DNA of 64,000 bases from Mytilus californianus (Eukaryota), in contig NW_026262745.1 in assembly GCF_021869535.1 (NCBI RefSeq), forward strand, positions 45,074,001 through 45,138,000. The letters are read 5' to 3'. A model generated the notes under the pieces. That model did not search any database. It saw nothing but the letters and a program-made list of their open reading frames with translations, and had not been told where the DNA came from. Below, one piece after another: positions 1 to 13,654 of this stretch. How positions within the stretch are numbered: the first letter of the stretch is position 1; each line of letters opens with the position of its first letter. The translations under genes and the position numbers were made by a program.

Positions 1-366
1 TTTTTTTTGTCGTTTTTTGTTTTTTGTCATTAACTTACAAAGGTTTGAAAAACCCATTCAGTATTTTCTGCCCTTCTTGTATAACAACAAAAACTAACGT
101 AAGAAAACACAGTTTTCATATTTTAATGATGCATGCCCATAATGAAATAGGCATACATGGAATTCAGTTCATTCAAGGATTTCATTCATGATATATCTTT
201 ATACATATAAACAAAAAGCTCAAGTTATGTATTGCACGCCATTTTTCTTGAACTGTAATATTTAGCCCTATCTTTCATACAAATGTATTTCATTTTAATA
301 TACAACAATGGGACGGAAAATAAATAATACTTTGAAACAATAACAAGAGACAAAAATATACAAAAG

Positions 367-665
367 TTAGTGTCTTAGTCGTAAAGGCGAACCAGAAGGT
401 CTTCCATTTGCCTGGAATTTGAAATGTCTTTTATCATGTGGTTTGGCAAGTGCTGGGCAGTTAGGATGATGATCTTTCAAATGCTTAAAGTGAACTTCCG
501 GATCCGTTGTAGAATGACCACAATCCTCACAAACGTACGTTTTATTGCGCCGTTGTTTGTAACCATAGCTTAGTTCCATACTGTGTACCTTGCGACTGTG
601 CGACTCCAATGAACATCGCTGTGTGAACGCCTTCTCACAATGCTCGCATTTGTATGGCTTTACAC
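367..665 (-). CDS. ovo: ovo/OVOL last exon (zinc fingers 3-4, stop)
   Basis: GVKPYKCEHCEKAFTQRCSLESHSRKVH...TYVCEDCG...HLKDHHP. Acceptor ttcag at 667-666, TAA at 369-367. The five exons sum to 2352 bp = 784 codons. Confidence 0.95.
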
Positions 666-763
666 CTGAAATTAAGAACATATTATTGTCATGCTTACGA
701 ATATAATTGTGAAAGTGAGTTAACAACAAAAATAATTTTCAAGTTGTTAACTTTGATTGATTG

Positions 764-1093
764 AGTGATTGATTGGTGTTTGCTTAACATCGGATCAATG
801 CGAAAAGTCTATATCGTGGCGATGTAAACTATGATTGATTGGTGTTTGCTCTACGCCGCACCAGCGCAAAAGGCTACATCGCGGCGATGTAAACTTTGAT
901 TGATTGGTGTTTGCTCTACGCCGCACCAGCGCAAAAGGCTACATCGCGGCGATGTAAACTTTGATTGATTGGTGTTTGCTCTACGCCGCACCAGCGCAAA
1001 AGGCTACATCGAGACGATGTAAACTTTGATTGATTGGTGTTTGCTCTACGCAACATCAGCGCAAAAGGCTACATCGCGGCGATGTAAACTTTG
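764..1093. repeat. 65-bp tandem minisatellite, about 5 copies, in the last ovo intron
   Basis: gatgtaaact recurs at 821, 886, 951, 1016 and 1081. Each unit holds the inverted repeat tacatcgc-g-gcgatgta. Confidence 0.95.
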
Positions 1094-1322
1094 ACATGTA
1101 AACCTAATATTAAAATAACAATCGTTTAATAAATCGTTAAAGAGAGATGATTCGATATAGTATTTGAATTTAAATATGAAACGTTAAAGGATATATAAGT
1201 CTACTTGTTTTATTGCGTATATTCAAATGAAAGTGTACACATGAATGTATTCATTATGTTCATAACGGAACAGTTCATATGCCTTTTAACAATGTCGACT
1301 TATTGGTAGTAGATGACAACAA

Positions 1323-2280
1323 ATGTATAGAACCTATACTCTTCACAAAATATCTTTTGCTGAACCGAAAAGTGCTAGTTATATAAAACTGTAAATGTTA
1401 TACATCGTATCTTTCTCGTTATAGATATATGTATAGAACCTATACTCTTCACAAAATATCTTTTGCTGAACCGAAAAGTGCTAGTTATATAAAACTGTAA
1501 ATGTTATACATCGTATCTTTCTCGTTATAGATATATGTATAGAACCTATACTCTTCACAAAATATCTTTTGCTGAACCGAAAAGTGCTAGTTATATAAAA
1601 CTGTAAATGTTATACATCGTATCTTTCTCGTTATAGATATATGTATAGAACCTATACTCTTCAAAAAATATCTTTTGCTGAACCGAAAAGTGTTAGTTAT
1701 ATAAAACTGTAAATGTTATACATCGTATCTTTCTCGTTATAGATATATGTATAGAACCTATACGCTTCACAAAATATCTTTTGCTGAACCGAAAAGTGCT
1801 AGTTATATAAAACTGTAAATGTTATACATCGTATCTTTCTCGTTATAGATATATGTATAGAACCTATACGCTTCAAAAAATATCTTTTGCTGAACCGAAA
1901 AGTGCTAGTTAAATAAAACTGTAAATGTTATACATCGTATCTTTCTCGTTATAGATATATGTATAGAACCTATACTCTTCAAAAATATCTTTTGCTGAAC
2001 CGAAAAGTGCTAGTTATATAAAACTGTAAATGTTATACATCGTATCTTTCTCGTTATAGATATATGTATAGAACCTATACGCTTCAAAAAATATCTTTTC
2101 TAAACCGAAAAGTGCTAGTTATATAAAACTGTAAATGTTATACATCGTATCTTTCTCGTTATAGATATATGTATAGAACCTATACGCTTCAAAAAATATC
2201 TTTTGCTGAACCGAAAAGTGCTAGTTAAATAAAACTGTAAATGTTATACATCGTATCTTTCTCGTTATAGATATATGTAT
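1323..2280. repeat. 106-bp tandem minisatellite, about 9 near-identical copies
   Basis: atgtatagaacctata recurs at 1323, 1429, 1535, 1641, 1747, 1853 and onward, with only a few substitutions. Confidence 0.97.
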
Positions 2281-2408
2281 TAAATGAGAACTGATGCTAT
2301 AATTAATGATTTTGTACGGACATGCATTAACAGATTTATTAGGACACCTCAGTAAAGAACAGTTCTAGTGTTTGACGACAACAATACAACTGGTTATTTG
2401 ATTTGTTA

Positions 2409-2657
<249 letters not shown>

Positions 2658-3658
2658 TTATATACTAGTGGAAGTATTCCAGAATATCACTAAAATTCAT
2701 CATATCGATGTGCATACACGAGGGAATCATAACGCGATTTGGGTCAACAAAGTATTCGTTTATGCGCCCCCTTTTGGGCTCTACGACTAACCGTAAAACT
2801 AATTCAATATGAAAATGAGGAGATTTGGTATGATTGCCAATAAGACAACTATGCACCAGAGTTAAAATAAAGTGCTATTAGACAAATATAGGCCACCGTA
2901 CGGCCTTCAACAATAAGAAAACCCATATCGTAAAGACGGCGAAAAAAGACCCCGATATGAAAGAAACAATACAAACGAAAAAAAAATAATGTCTAGTAGG
3001 TTACGTGACGATCTTTTTTTACGGTGTTCCATTTAAAAATACTTAAAATACTTAGCGTATTTTTTATCTTTAAAAAAAATGTTTTATTGTAAAGTGGCAA
3101 TACACTATCCATTACTGTAACAATGTCAAGTCAAACAGTTCACATCCTACAAGGCGTATTTAAATTTTACATAATTGTACTGAAATAGACACTATTCACT
3201 CTATTGTATAATAGTACATTTGTTACCTGTTTATTGAATAATAGTACAATTTGTAACCTGTTTACCTACGACCAGTATCGCACAGTTAGTTATCTTTGTG
3301 AAAAGACCTTTATTGACATTTTACTGATTTGTAAATAAAGTTAAATCATAATGAAATTTGTCAAGTGGCAACTTTTAACGATTTAGTCATTTTTAATCAA
3401 ACATTTAAATAATGACGAGGAAATATTTAATTGTGAAGTAAAATGTGAACATATGGTCTTTACTCAAGCATCTTAAGATAAAGAAAACAGCGCGAAACTG
3501 TGACTGGTAAATTGTCTATTTAAAATACGACACACTTTTCTAAGTTTGCGGCGCGTGCCAAGTACTGAACAACATCACCTGGTGAATGAAAGTGTTGTAG
3601 ACATGGAGTGATGTCCCATGGATAACATTTTTTTCTTTTATGACTTAAATGTACATAC

Positions 3659-3764
3659 CTTGTTGTATATTTGTAATATCAGCAGGCTTTGGCGGCACAA
3701 ATGACGGGTTCTTTATACCGTAACCTCCATTTATCACTTCGAATTTCTGTGGTGTCTGCTGTGT
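3659..3764 (-). CDS. ovo: ovo/OVOL exon 3 (TQQTPQKFEVINGGYGIKNPSFVPPKPADITNIQQ)
   Basis: Not in the ORF track. Acceptor tttttag at 3766-3765, donor G|GTATGT at 3658. It bridges phase 0 to phase 1 exactly as needed and carries the NGG(H/Y)GIKNP motif typical of invertebrate Ovo/Shavenbaby. Confidence 0.9.
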
Positions 3765-3899
3765 CTAAAAAATAAACACTGAATCAAGTCTCGTTGCCAT
3801 AAAAAATGTCATACCCATTTGCAACTAGAGCATAAGAGATTGTATTTGTACAATGTTTCGGTGAGCTTTTTTGGGGTTGGGGAGGCTTCGTATTTCCAA

Positions 3900-4525
3900 A
3901 TTTGTTCAGTATAGACTTTCGCTTTTATTTATTCAATCGCGTCCAGAAATTTGCAATAGGGATGGAAACTCGAGAAACAACACATTTTTTGTCGATTGTT
4001 ACTGTATCATTTTTTTCACATTAATATTGAGCAAAAGTGGCCTTCTATTGGAAAATGTTACAGATTCATGAAGATGATGATACTAGGCGTGACGAACAAC
4101 GAAGCAAGAGAAATATTGTTTTCAAAATTAGAAAGGTATGCTATATCCATTGAGCTTCTATTGGCTGGTGACGGTGATCTTTCTTTTCAGCAAAACAAAG
4201 AAATTTTTGAGTCTGTACAATCATATATCAGAATAACACAAAGATTTAAAACAATCAATTAACATTCTGAATTCCTACTTTCCAACTCTTCACTCCAGTC
4301 CAGTTTTATATATTATTCCATATTATATTGTATTTTTTTGTTTTTTGTTTTTTGTTTTTGTATGCAGTTTGTATTTATACATGCATTCCTACTATGTTTT
4401 TCGTCATTATCTAATGTACTTTGTGTTTATATTTATATAGGGAGAGGACGTCACTAATGTTGTTATAACTTGTGTCCAATCCCTTTTGCTACTTTTGCAA
4501 ATAAAATATGTTTAAACTAAACAAC
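3900..4525 (+). mobile_element. 5'-truncated LINE remnant (CR1/L2-like ORF2 C-terminus plus 3' UTR)
   Basis: ORF 3996..4262 ends in ELLLAGDGDLSFQQNKEIFESVQSYIRITQRF, which resembles invertebrate CR1/L2-group ORF2 C-termini. It is followed by a T-rich UTR ending aataaaatatgtttaaactaaa. Confidence 0.5.
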
Positions 4526-4602
4526 TTGTGAACAATTTGTTCATTTCACTAATCATTTGACATGCTAAAACTATTAAATATAGAACATAAATGTATACAT
4601 AC

Positions 4603-6251
4603 CTTTACGACTTTCAAAACTACGTCTTTGGAACTCTGGTTTGGTATATTTTCTTTGGAGATAGACGATGGTGCCAGAATAGGGGACCCATGTTGCAGCG
4701 CTGCCCTTTGTTGCAGATGAGTGACTGGTGTCCTGTTCACCGATGTATTCTCCTGATTTTGACTAGCATTGTTCGTAATGACCGGTGTTATAGGACATCG
4801 GTACGGCAAATTCTGAAAACATTGGTCAAAACTTTGCGTCGGACTTTCTTTATATATTTGAAAAGGAACATTGTCTACACGTAGTCTTTTTGGTGTTTCA
4901 GACACTGGTGTACAAGGACGTTTCTGTGCATTGGACATATGAACTTCTGGTATCGACCGAATCGGTGTTGTCGAAATTGGCGTAATTCGATGAATTGGCG
5001 TTGTCGGAATTGGTGTTATGGTAGGAGTCGACGTCCTCGAAGGTGGCATTGTACTTGAAGCATACGATTCAGGAGTGCAATGTGATCTGTATGGTAAAAA
5101 TGGACTGGGTATTCTTGGTGAGAAAACGGAATTTACATTCTGAGAAGCATTAATCTGCGGAACCGTCTGAAAAGAGCTGCCTGGTTCCCGTAAGAAGGGG
5201 GATCTAGTACTGTATGAGAAGTTGTAACATCTTTCAGCATCTGGAATCCGAACTTCTGGTATTCTCATCTGAGGTGAATCCAGTCTTTCTGAATGATGAT
5301 ATGAATTTGCAATAAAAGGGGTAGCATAGTTAATAACAGATTGAGGTAAATGTGGACTTCGCAAATTATTTACAATCTGGCTAACAGGAGAACTAAATGC
5401 TGGTGAAACAGGTAGCACTTTGTTTGTTTTTGGTGTAGATACATAATGGAACGGGTTCCATATTTTGGGAGCACTTTTTATTGTTTCTTTTGGATTGACT
5501 TTGGTTTGTTTTTGTTCAGAAGACTCGAATTTCTTCTCACTAATTTCGTCATTTGATTTCACCCTCGTTTCTTTTGTTTGTTTGTTCTCACAACTTTGAC
5601 CATCGTCTGTAAGTCTTTCATTTTTCAATGAGCACTGATCCTGATCATTGTTCAATGGAAATCGAAGAGGAAGTTTCATTACTGTGGTTGGTTGTGTATC
5701 CATGGTAACAGTCTCCTGCAATGTTTCACCCATTGTTTTTCTAGATGATACAAAAACGTTGTAAGCCAAAGAGGCAAAGGGAGGCAATGGCTGATGAGGA
5801 GTTATCAGAGGAAGAGATAACGGTGCAATCCTTTCTCGAATATGTTCTTGAAAACTCGACTCTGAGATATCACTGTACGTGTTGCTATGGTGAACCTGAC
5901 TTCCGGTGCTTTCCACCGATGATATACTTATAGGTCTTGAACATGTACTGATGTCACGTGTGGAACTAGAAAATGACCTGTCAGTATGATAGGCTACTTC
6001 AGCGTCTAGTTCCGGATCTGGTATCTCTTCCTTAATGTAACTCTTTAACGACGATGTCTTATTTTCAATGACCCCAGTTACCGAGTCTACTGTGATGACC
6101 TTGCTTATGGCCCTTGACAGATAGGTCGGTGATTTATCAAACGATACCACTTCTGTTAAGTTTGAAGAATCAGATTCGACTTCGACCTCTTCTTCTTTAA
6201 CTCTCGGTTCTATCAGAGGAATGTCGGATGAACTTTCATGAACGCTCAAAT
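4603..6251 (-). CDS. ovo: ovo/OVOL large exon 2 (Ser/Pro/Thr-rich regulatory region)
   Basis: 1649-bp open exon inside ORF 4549..6249. Acceptor ttttttcag at 6253-6252, donor AAG|GTATGT at 4602 (phase 0). Confidence 0.85.
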
Positions 6252-8437
6252 CTGAAAAAAGAAATCTAAAATAGAGAAGATTGCTTAATTAATTTGACGA
6301 AACGAATACAAGTTACACACATGAAAGGGGCAAGACGATCTTCAGTGTTTATTAAAGTATATATGCATTTAATGAGAGTCTTTCGGGCTATTTACTTGAA
6401 ATATTTCTGGAAGACGAGGGCAGACGCAAACAACATAATGAAACACATTTAAGATTTAGAAACTGAAAATTACGACGTGAATACAATTATACATTTATTT
6501 TATACATGTATTTGATATTTATCAGGGTAAGCTGTTGTTTATCGATAGTTTAATTTTATAGGGTATAAAAAAATATAAAATTATCCCATTTATTATCAAT
6601 TTGCCACAGCTTGATTTTTTTATCCTTTCAACATTTACGATAAATGACCGTGGCGACATGTTGGTCAGATCTCTTTATACAGCTGTCACAAGAAAAAACG
6701 TGTTGCATTTCTTTAACAACTTCACAACTGGAATTGCACATTAAGGAATTATGACATTTTAATAGATATGGACACTTAAAAATAGTTTATCTATTGATTG
6801 AAACTTTGGTGATCGCCATTACGACCAGTGTGTGGCCATTTCTGAATTACTCGCCTTTCCTTCTAACATTAAAAAATTATCTATTGAATTTACTGTATTC
6901 GTTGTCACCGCATGTTTTTAATGTTCTGTTGTTTATTATAAGTTGGACTTTAGAGCATGAAAACTGAAAACAAAGTTTGATACTGCTAAATTATTTTTTT
7001 CTAGGCCGAGTGGGAGGAGGGACTTTTCGTTCAGCAAAAGTGAACAGTACATTTGCAAAACCAGATATTTTTTCCATATGCGAGTTATGTTCACAATTCT
7101 TACGTAAACGAAAATAACTTAATTTTTTTCTGCTTGCACGATTACTGAAGCAACGTTTAGAAATTAAATTCAATGTAGTTATCAATGAAGGAGACTATGC
7201 ATATCTTTTAAATCATTAATAAGCACGTGTGTCAATAAGTCAAGCATCATCAAAAATAAATTTCCGTAAAAAGTTATAACTTTTCGATCTTAACTTTAGA
7301 TGATATGCCTGAAGGAATGCTTGAGTTGTCCATTACAGTGGGGAATATTTAAATATTACACACAATTATTTGCATTTCCTGTGCATTCAGTTTATAAAAT
7401 CTTTAATTTTAATAATAATGGGATGTCAAGAATAAATTATCCTTAGTGTACTCTAGGGTTTGATTTGACCTAATTTAAAAGATATTACTTCTTGACATAA
7501 GAATGACACTGACCGGGATTCACTACCGGCAGATGTTCAAATTACTTGACTTTTTCTTCTGGCCAAAACATTGCAAGTGTTTTTTTATAAAGAAGAAAAG
7601 ATACTCCCTAGACTCCCTGCGGACCACCCCTCTGACCCTCATAAGAAAGGTGTCACATCTGTCTTTGGATGTTTATAACGACCAAACAATTTCTACCTGT
7701 CAGGTAGAGCGCAAGGTGCGACAGGTGTTAGAAAATAACAAGTTGGTCATACAGTGGTTCAAGGTAAAAATGTTGAATGGAATTCCTTTTAAATTAACGG
7801 TCATCTCGTTGAGATGATCTTTCATTCATTCAGAATTTTCTATGTGGGAACAAAAACCTGCATTCCAACTTCCCGTTCAATGGTGTATTGGGTTATCAAA
7901 TTTGAATAGTTTAAAAAGACCCCTGCTATTTTATAGGTTAACTGTTTTACATTTTAACTGTTCCCCTGACAAAAGGCCATAATTTTTCGTATTTGCTCTG
8001 TACTTCTCAAAATCTTCAAAATGACACAAAAAATTTAGAAGGGTCATTTTTCTTCGCGTGTCATAAATCGATCGTTAAAAAGTTGACCGCTGTCAACCTT
8101 CGACTCTGAAAAACATTACAAAAATTTCTTTCATATTAAAAGTTCATAAACTTTATCAAAGTGTTTGCTTTGTAATAGTTTAACCTTTGACTATTATATA
8201 AAACATGAACATTTCACGAACGATTACTAATTATACCCCCCCCCCCCCCTCAACGTTAATTTGTAAACTAAGTCATAGTCAAGAGTATGTATCATCTGTG
8301 TGCGCGTGTGACAGATAGGTATACCAGAAAGATACTCTTATTAAATATATTGGAATCTTGAGCTTGCGCGACGCGCTCTTATATAGCAGTATACACGTTC
8401 GTCTACTTGGAACTTATTAATTGCACGGATTGTAAAA

Positions 8438-8530
8438 ACTCGTCAAAGACACCAGGCTTATAACTTTGCATGCTTGACGCCGTTTCGTTTACAAAAGACT
8501 CGTCAGCGGCGCTCGAATCAAAATAGTTAT
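8438..8530 (-). mobile_element. degenerate retrozyme fragment (hammerhead remnant) in ovo intron 1
   Basis: Minus strand reads cgagcgccgCTGACGAgtcttttgtaaacGAAAcggcGTCaagc. Core retained, stems I and II mismatched. Confidence 0.7.
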
Positions 8531-9157
8531 ATAGTCAAATCAAACTATAATGATTTATAAAATACAGTCCATAGTATAATTGATCACGTTTCTTAGATGC
8601 CTTTATTCACGAAACCATTTTGGGTTTTTCGAAGTTTCTTAATCTTGATCTCAGACGGAAAGCTTTCGTTTAATCTGCGTTCTTATTTTTATCAGGTTTT
8701 GGGAAAATATTACAAATAACACGTTCAATTATATCGAAAAAATTTTGGTACGTTCTCATATGAATCCTGGGATTTAATGCAAATTGGATAAAAGTTTCGA
8801 TAATTGCAAGTGTCAGTAAAATCGAATGGATTTTCTTATCAGACTAATAAATCACCGATCATTTTAATTAATTTATCGCCGTTTAAGAAGGAAGTGCTAA
8901 GATTTCACAAATACATAACGGGCAATAACTCAATAGGTGTTACTTAACAAAGTTGATTAGGAAATATGATGAAGCAACCGTTGTAGGATAAAATGGAATT
9001 TTCACAACGACAAGCGTGTAGTGTTGACATCTTGTCAATCGAGAAATTACTTAATTTGCGTGTTATTAGACTAAGCCCATAATAACATCAATTTTGGTCG
9101 GAATAAAATATAGATAGTGGAATGATTGTAACAGATCTGACCGTCTATCCACCAAGA

Positions 9158-9325
9158 CAGAGGCGGATTTAGGGGGAGGCCCAGAGTGCCCGCAACTCCC
9201 CCCCCCTCCTTTTTTGTGGGAAAATTTGGTAAATTATTTAGGGACCACTGAAGAATGACTGGAGCGGGCCCCCTCTTATGGCAGTCAGTGGGCCCCCCTT
9301 ATGAAAATTTCTGGATCCGACACTG
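9158..9325. mobile_element. hAT-type MITE with 8-bp target-site duplication
   Basis: Imperfect TIRs cagaggcggat / atccgacactg. Exact flanking duplication caccaaga at 9150-9157 and 9326-9333. 8-bp TSDs are typical of hAT. Confidence 0.75.
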
Positions 9326-12300
9326 CACCAAGAAGACTTAAGGTCCTGTATTTAACGGACATTATAACTGAGGACATGGGACTTTATTTATTCATATTTT
9401 TATATTTTCTAATTTGCTTTCTGACTGGTATTGCATCTGTTTTGGTTTTTTATTTTTTTATTTTTAATTTTTCTGTCTGTTTAGGTTAATTTTGTCCCAA
9501 ATCTTTATCATTTACATGACTATAGTATTTCATTATTCGTTAAAATTTACGTTCTTTACATATATTCTTTATAAAAAGAGACGGATGTCATTCATTTTTT
9601 GTTTGTTTTTTGTAAAAAGAGCGCGAGTCTCATAAGATTACATGTCTACCAAATGATAGCTACATGTAGCGTTTTAATCACAGTTTGGAAGCCTCTTATT
9701 GTTATCAGTGTAAAACATTTATTTCGTTACGCAAGAGTCACCCCATTTAATGATCGAGCCGTCAAACTGTTACCAAATTATCTTGATAAAGACCCATTTT
9801 TTACGACTATTTTTACTTTGTATCGTAACGGACAGATCTTTAAATAGTTTTAAGCCAGGTGAAACGTACAAAAAAATACAGTTACAAAAAGAGTACCTAG
9901 AAGGTGAAAATAACATTAATAGCTCAACTTTTTGAATGTTACCTGCTAAAAACATATTTTAAATAATACTTTTATATGTTCTGCTATACATCTGTCGCTG
10001 TTTACAGAAGATTTAATTTTAACTACACAGATGTTTCTAAATTCTTATTTAAAACATAAGATATAATCAAACAAAGGCATATTTACAGGTAAAAGTCGTC
10101 ATACATGAACTTTAATTCGTGTTCATTTTAATAATTGATATTCTTTTAAAGATTGCGATGCTTCCTCGTGCGGAAACGAAAGGTGTATCGCGTGAACGTG
10201 CATCTGTGTTTTCTTATTTGTATTATCATGAATTAATCTTTTATAAATTTTGACTTCTTTTAATTTTTTTATTCATGTATTATGTCATTTCGTTACAACT
10301 ACCTCAAGTAAAGTCAAGTTGATTCCCAAGTTGACCTTTGACGGATTTGACTGTTCTAATAGAGATTTTTTTTGTATTACGTATTTGGCTGTAGAAACTT
10401 TTGGTTTTGAGCAAACCTTATGTAATTTTTTTTTTCAGATATAATACCGTGTCGAACGCATTAAAATCTATCTCATTATTCATATTTATGCCTTCAAAAT
10501 GTGGCTGGAACTAATAAAGTGGTGAGACTAATAGGAACTAATAAAGTAGTGAGACTAATAAAATATTGAATATGGAATCTGGAATATCACACATTTACTT
10601 GTATATATATATATACGATGGCAGAGTACAAGTTTCCCCTCCTTGCCCAATCCCCTGGTAGGAAAATGTAATCAACAACTGTACATATAGTTTAAATAAT
10701 ACAAGATGACTGTAAATCTTTGTAACCACGGACTCGCCTTTGCTCGGTTACTTATTACCCGCAAATCAACGGATTCAACCCGATTCACAAATATGTATGA
10801 ACATCGTTATCCACTTACATCATGGCGATTATAATGTAATGAAATAACCAAATAAAGGAATCAGTATGTAAACTAAAATATAATCCCCTTATCCCTAACT
10901 GTATCGTCCACGGTTTTCTCTGGATATCACGTATTTGTTTCCGGGATTACCTGCATATACTACGGACCACCGTTGTCACAACACACGGGTAACATATTGT
11001 TTTCACTCTAATCATAATCCGTCACCGTAATCCAAATAGGCGAAAAAATGAGATAAAAATGTCTTAATTTTGACACGTTTTGTGTTAGAATGAGAGATAT
11101 TTAATACATTCATAAATGGGTATTTATCAAAAATGTTATTAATAAAAGCAGAGACAGTTTCTTTGACAACATAGATATTTTAGTATCCACGTATGAGAAA
11201 AAAGTCTTAGCAAATTTGAAGAATACATGAATGTTAACGGCATTCTTATTCCGACGGTATAAAAGACGTATTCATCAAATAGCGTCAAATTTAAAAATCA
11301 ATTGTCTGTGAAGCAGAAGTCTGCTGCACATCAATAAATATCGTCAAAGACCTTTCTTATTTTAGAAAATATCCATACTACGCAGCTGTTACAACTAGGT
11401 ACCTAAAATAGAGTAATTTCCTGTTTTCAATCGTTAATCATTGTGTAACGCCATCAATATGCTAATACAAAAAGGTTCCTTAAATACATCTCTCTGGCAG
11501 ACGACCGTTATTGATCATGCAGACGACCAATCCCAGAACGCAGATACAGCGCCTGGGTAATGAAAAATAGCCAAAATCAATATTGAAGCCCATACAAGAT
11601 TACCAGAAGACTGCAATCGACTGTCAGTGACAGATGCTAGATGCATGATGAAATTTAATCAACGATCAACCGTTATTTTAATTATTCACGGACATTGTAA
11701 TTTGAATTTTTTGGCGCGTTCCGATGGGTTTTAAATACCACTCGAAAAACATCTTTAATTCGTTTTAAAATGTTTCTTTCTTCAAAGATGTTAAATCTTT
11801 AATGTTACCGAATAATTAATGACTTTGAAATGATTATGTTAAATTTTGAAAGAGAAAATTTAAATATAAAATTGTATGTATATTTATTACATGCCTTAAG
11901 CAATAACATGACAAATTATATATTTATATTTGTTATAAAAATGTAAGGACAATGTACTGTTGGTATATTTATATAGAAAACACAAACATCTAATTGCCGT
12001 ATTTTGTAACAGACAACAGTTATCAAATAAATTAATCTATTTGACAACATAATTATACAAATAAAGAAATACAATTTTCCTATCTATTTTATAATTTATA
12101 ACCTTCGGTCCCTTTGGGGTATGATAACTTAATCAAACTTCTAACCGGTCTTCAAAAGTTAAATTGAAGTTTTGAATTATATGAGTGTGTCGGCCTAATC
12201 TTTAATGATGCAGAGTTCTAACGGTGCAGACAATTCCAGGCGACAGGTGAATTCGCACTGTTGAGGTGTAAATCTTGTTTGAATGTCGGAAATTTATCGA

Positions 12301-13530
12301 TTTGGTTCGCTACGTGGTTAATTACAATAAAAACTAATTGGTGGGAACTTTATTCGATCCGATGTGTTAATGCATGGTAATTAAAGTTTCCCAGACATTA
12401 TGGAAACGTAGAAATCAACTGTAAAAACAGTATAATCTGTGTGTTGTCATTGTCTAATCAAGGTCTTTATCATTAACAATTGAAAAGTTTGTAATATAAA
12501 CACTTCTCTAACTTTGATCTAATACATAATACATTAGTACATTAGTCTAAAAATGTCTTACTAAAAGTGGACACAACAGACAAGAGTAGGTTTCTTGTAC
12601 ATGATGTATATGAATTTAAAAGAAAAAAAAGTTGCTTGATCCTGGGACATAATATATTGACAGTATAATAGTCCCAGCTGGATCTTAGACCAACACTGTG
12701 ACTGTGAGTCTCCGAATATTTCCGTATCAAAAGATCGTATAAAGCCATTTTACCAAAATTATCAAGTATGTAGGAACATTATTTTTTTTTATATACCTTA
12801 AAGTTTAGTACATTTGGTTTCTGTCTATCCAAAATCTTTCCTTTCTAGAGAAATACTTGTTTGAAATAGATCAATAAAAAAACCTACTTAAACCAAGTTT
12901 TTATATATGTAGCTTGCTGAAACTTGATATTTATAATTCTATGTCAACATTTTTATGTGAATATATATCTATAAAGTTAAAAAATGAATGAAACGATATA
13001 ATTTTAAACCTTTTGGTTTCATTTTTACTATATTAGAGAACTTAAGTATCGGTTGAACTCTTTAAAAAAGTTTTATCTATATAATCAGAGACATATAATA
13101 CAATATTATATGTCTCTGATATAATCAAATCGGGAAATCTTTGAAACAACACAACATAATCACATGTCTACTTATAAACATTCTTCTCCCATGTGTGGTT
13201 AACCATCATTAATTTACCATTCTGACATTTATATTAACAGTAATACACAATTCTCATGATAATACACATATATACGATGATTATAAGAGTATTTTAATTA
13301 ATTAATAATACTCATTTGTATCTGACATGGCAATAAACATCCCCATTTTATCAAATAAAATCTCGAGACCAAGGATTTACTTGACAGAGATAACATTGAA
13401 TTATTACAATCATAATGAACAGTCTGCAATCCTTATTTAACGGATGCTGACAGATGCCCGTCGGATACAGGTGCTAGACATTTCTGTCAAACAGTTGCTA
13501 ATTTTGGTAATTTTTGCCTTTTTACAAAAC

Positions 13531-13550
13531 CCGTTATATTTATATAACGG
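13531..13550. promoter_or_regulatory. palindromic pair of Ovo-type sites (CCGTTA...TAACGG) in ovo intron 1
   Basis: ccgttatat-tt-atataacgg has 9-bp arms. CCGTTA is the established OVOL recognition hexamer. Confidence 0.5.
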
Positions 13551-13654
13551 TATAACTTTAATAGAATTTTAAAAAGATGTTTAAAAATCTAAATAATAGA
13601 GAAGATATAAAAGGCCATCACTTTCATGCTTGATTACATATGAAATAAACATAC

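Noticed and set aside
764-2280. Palindromic 65-bp and 106-bp arrays as CRISPR arrays
   Set aside because: Units are contiguous with no unique spacers, there are no cas genes, and the context is a spliced eukaryotic gene.
4591-5933. Plus-strand ORFs 4591-4884 and 5745-5933
   Set aside because: Antisense shadows of the ovo coding exon with no recognisable protein features.
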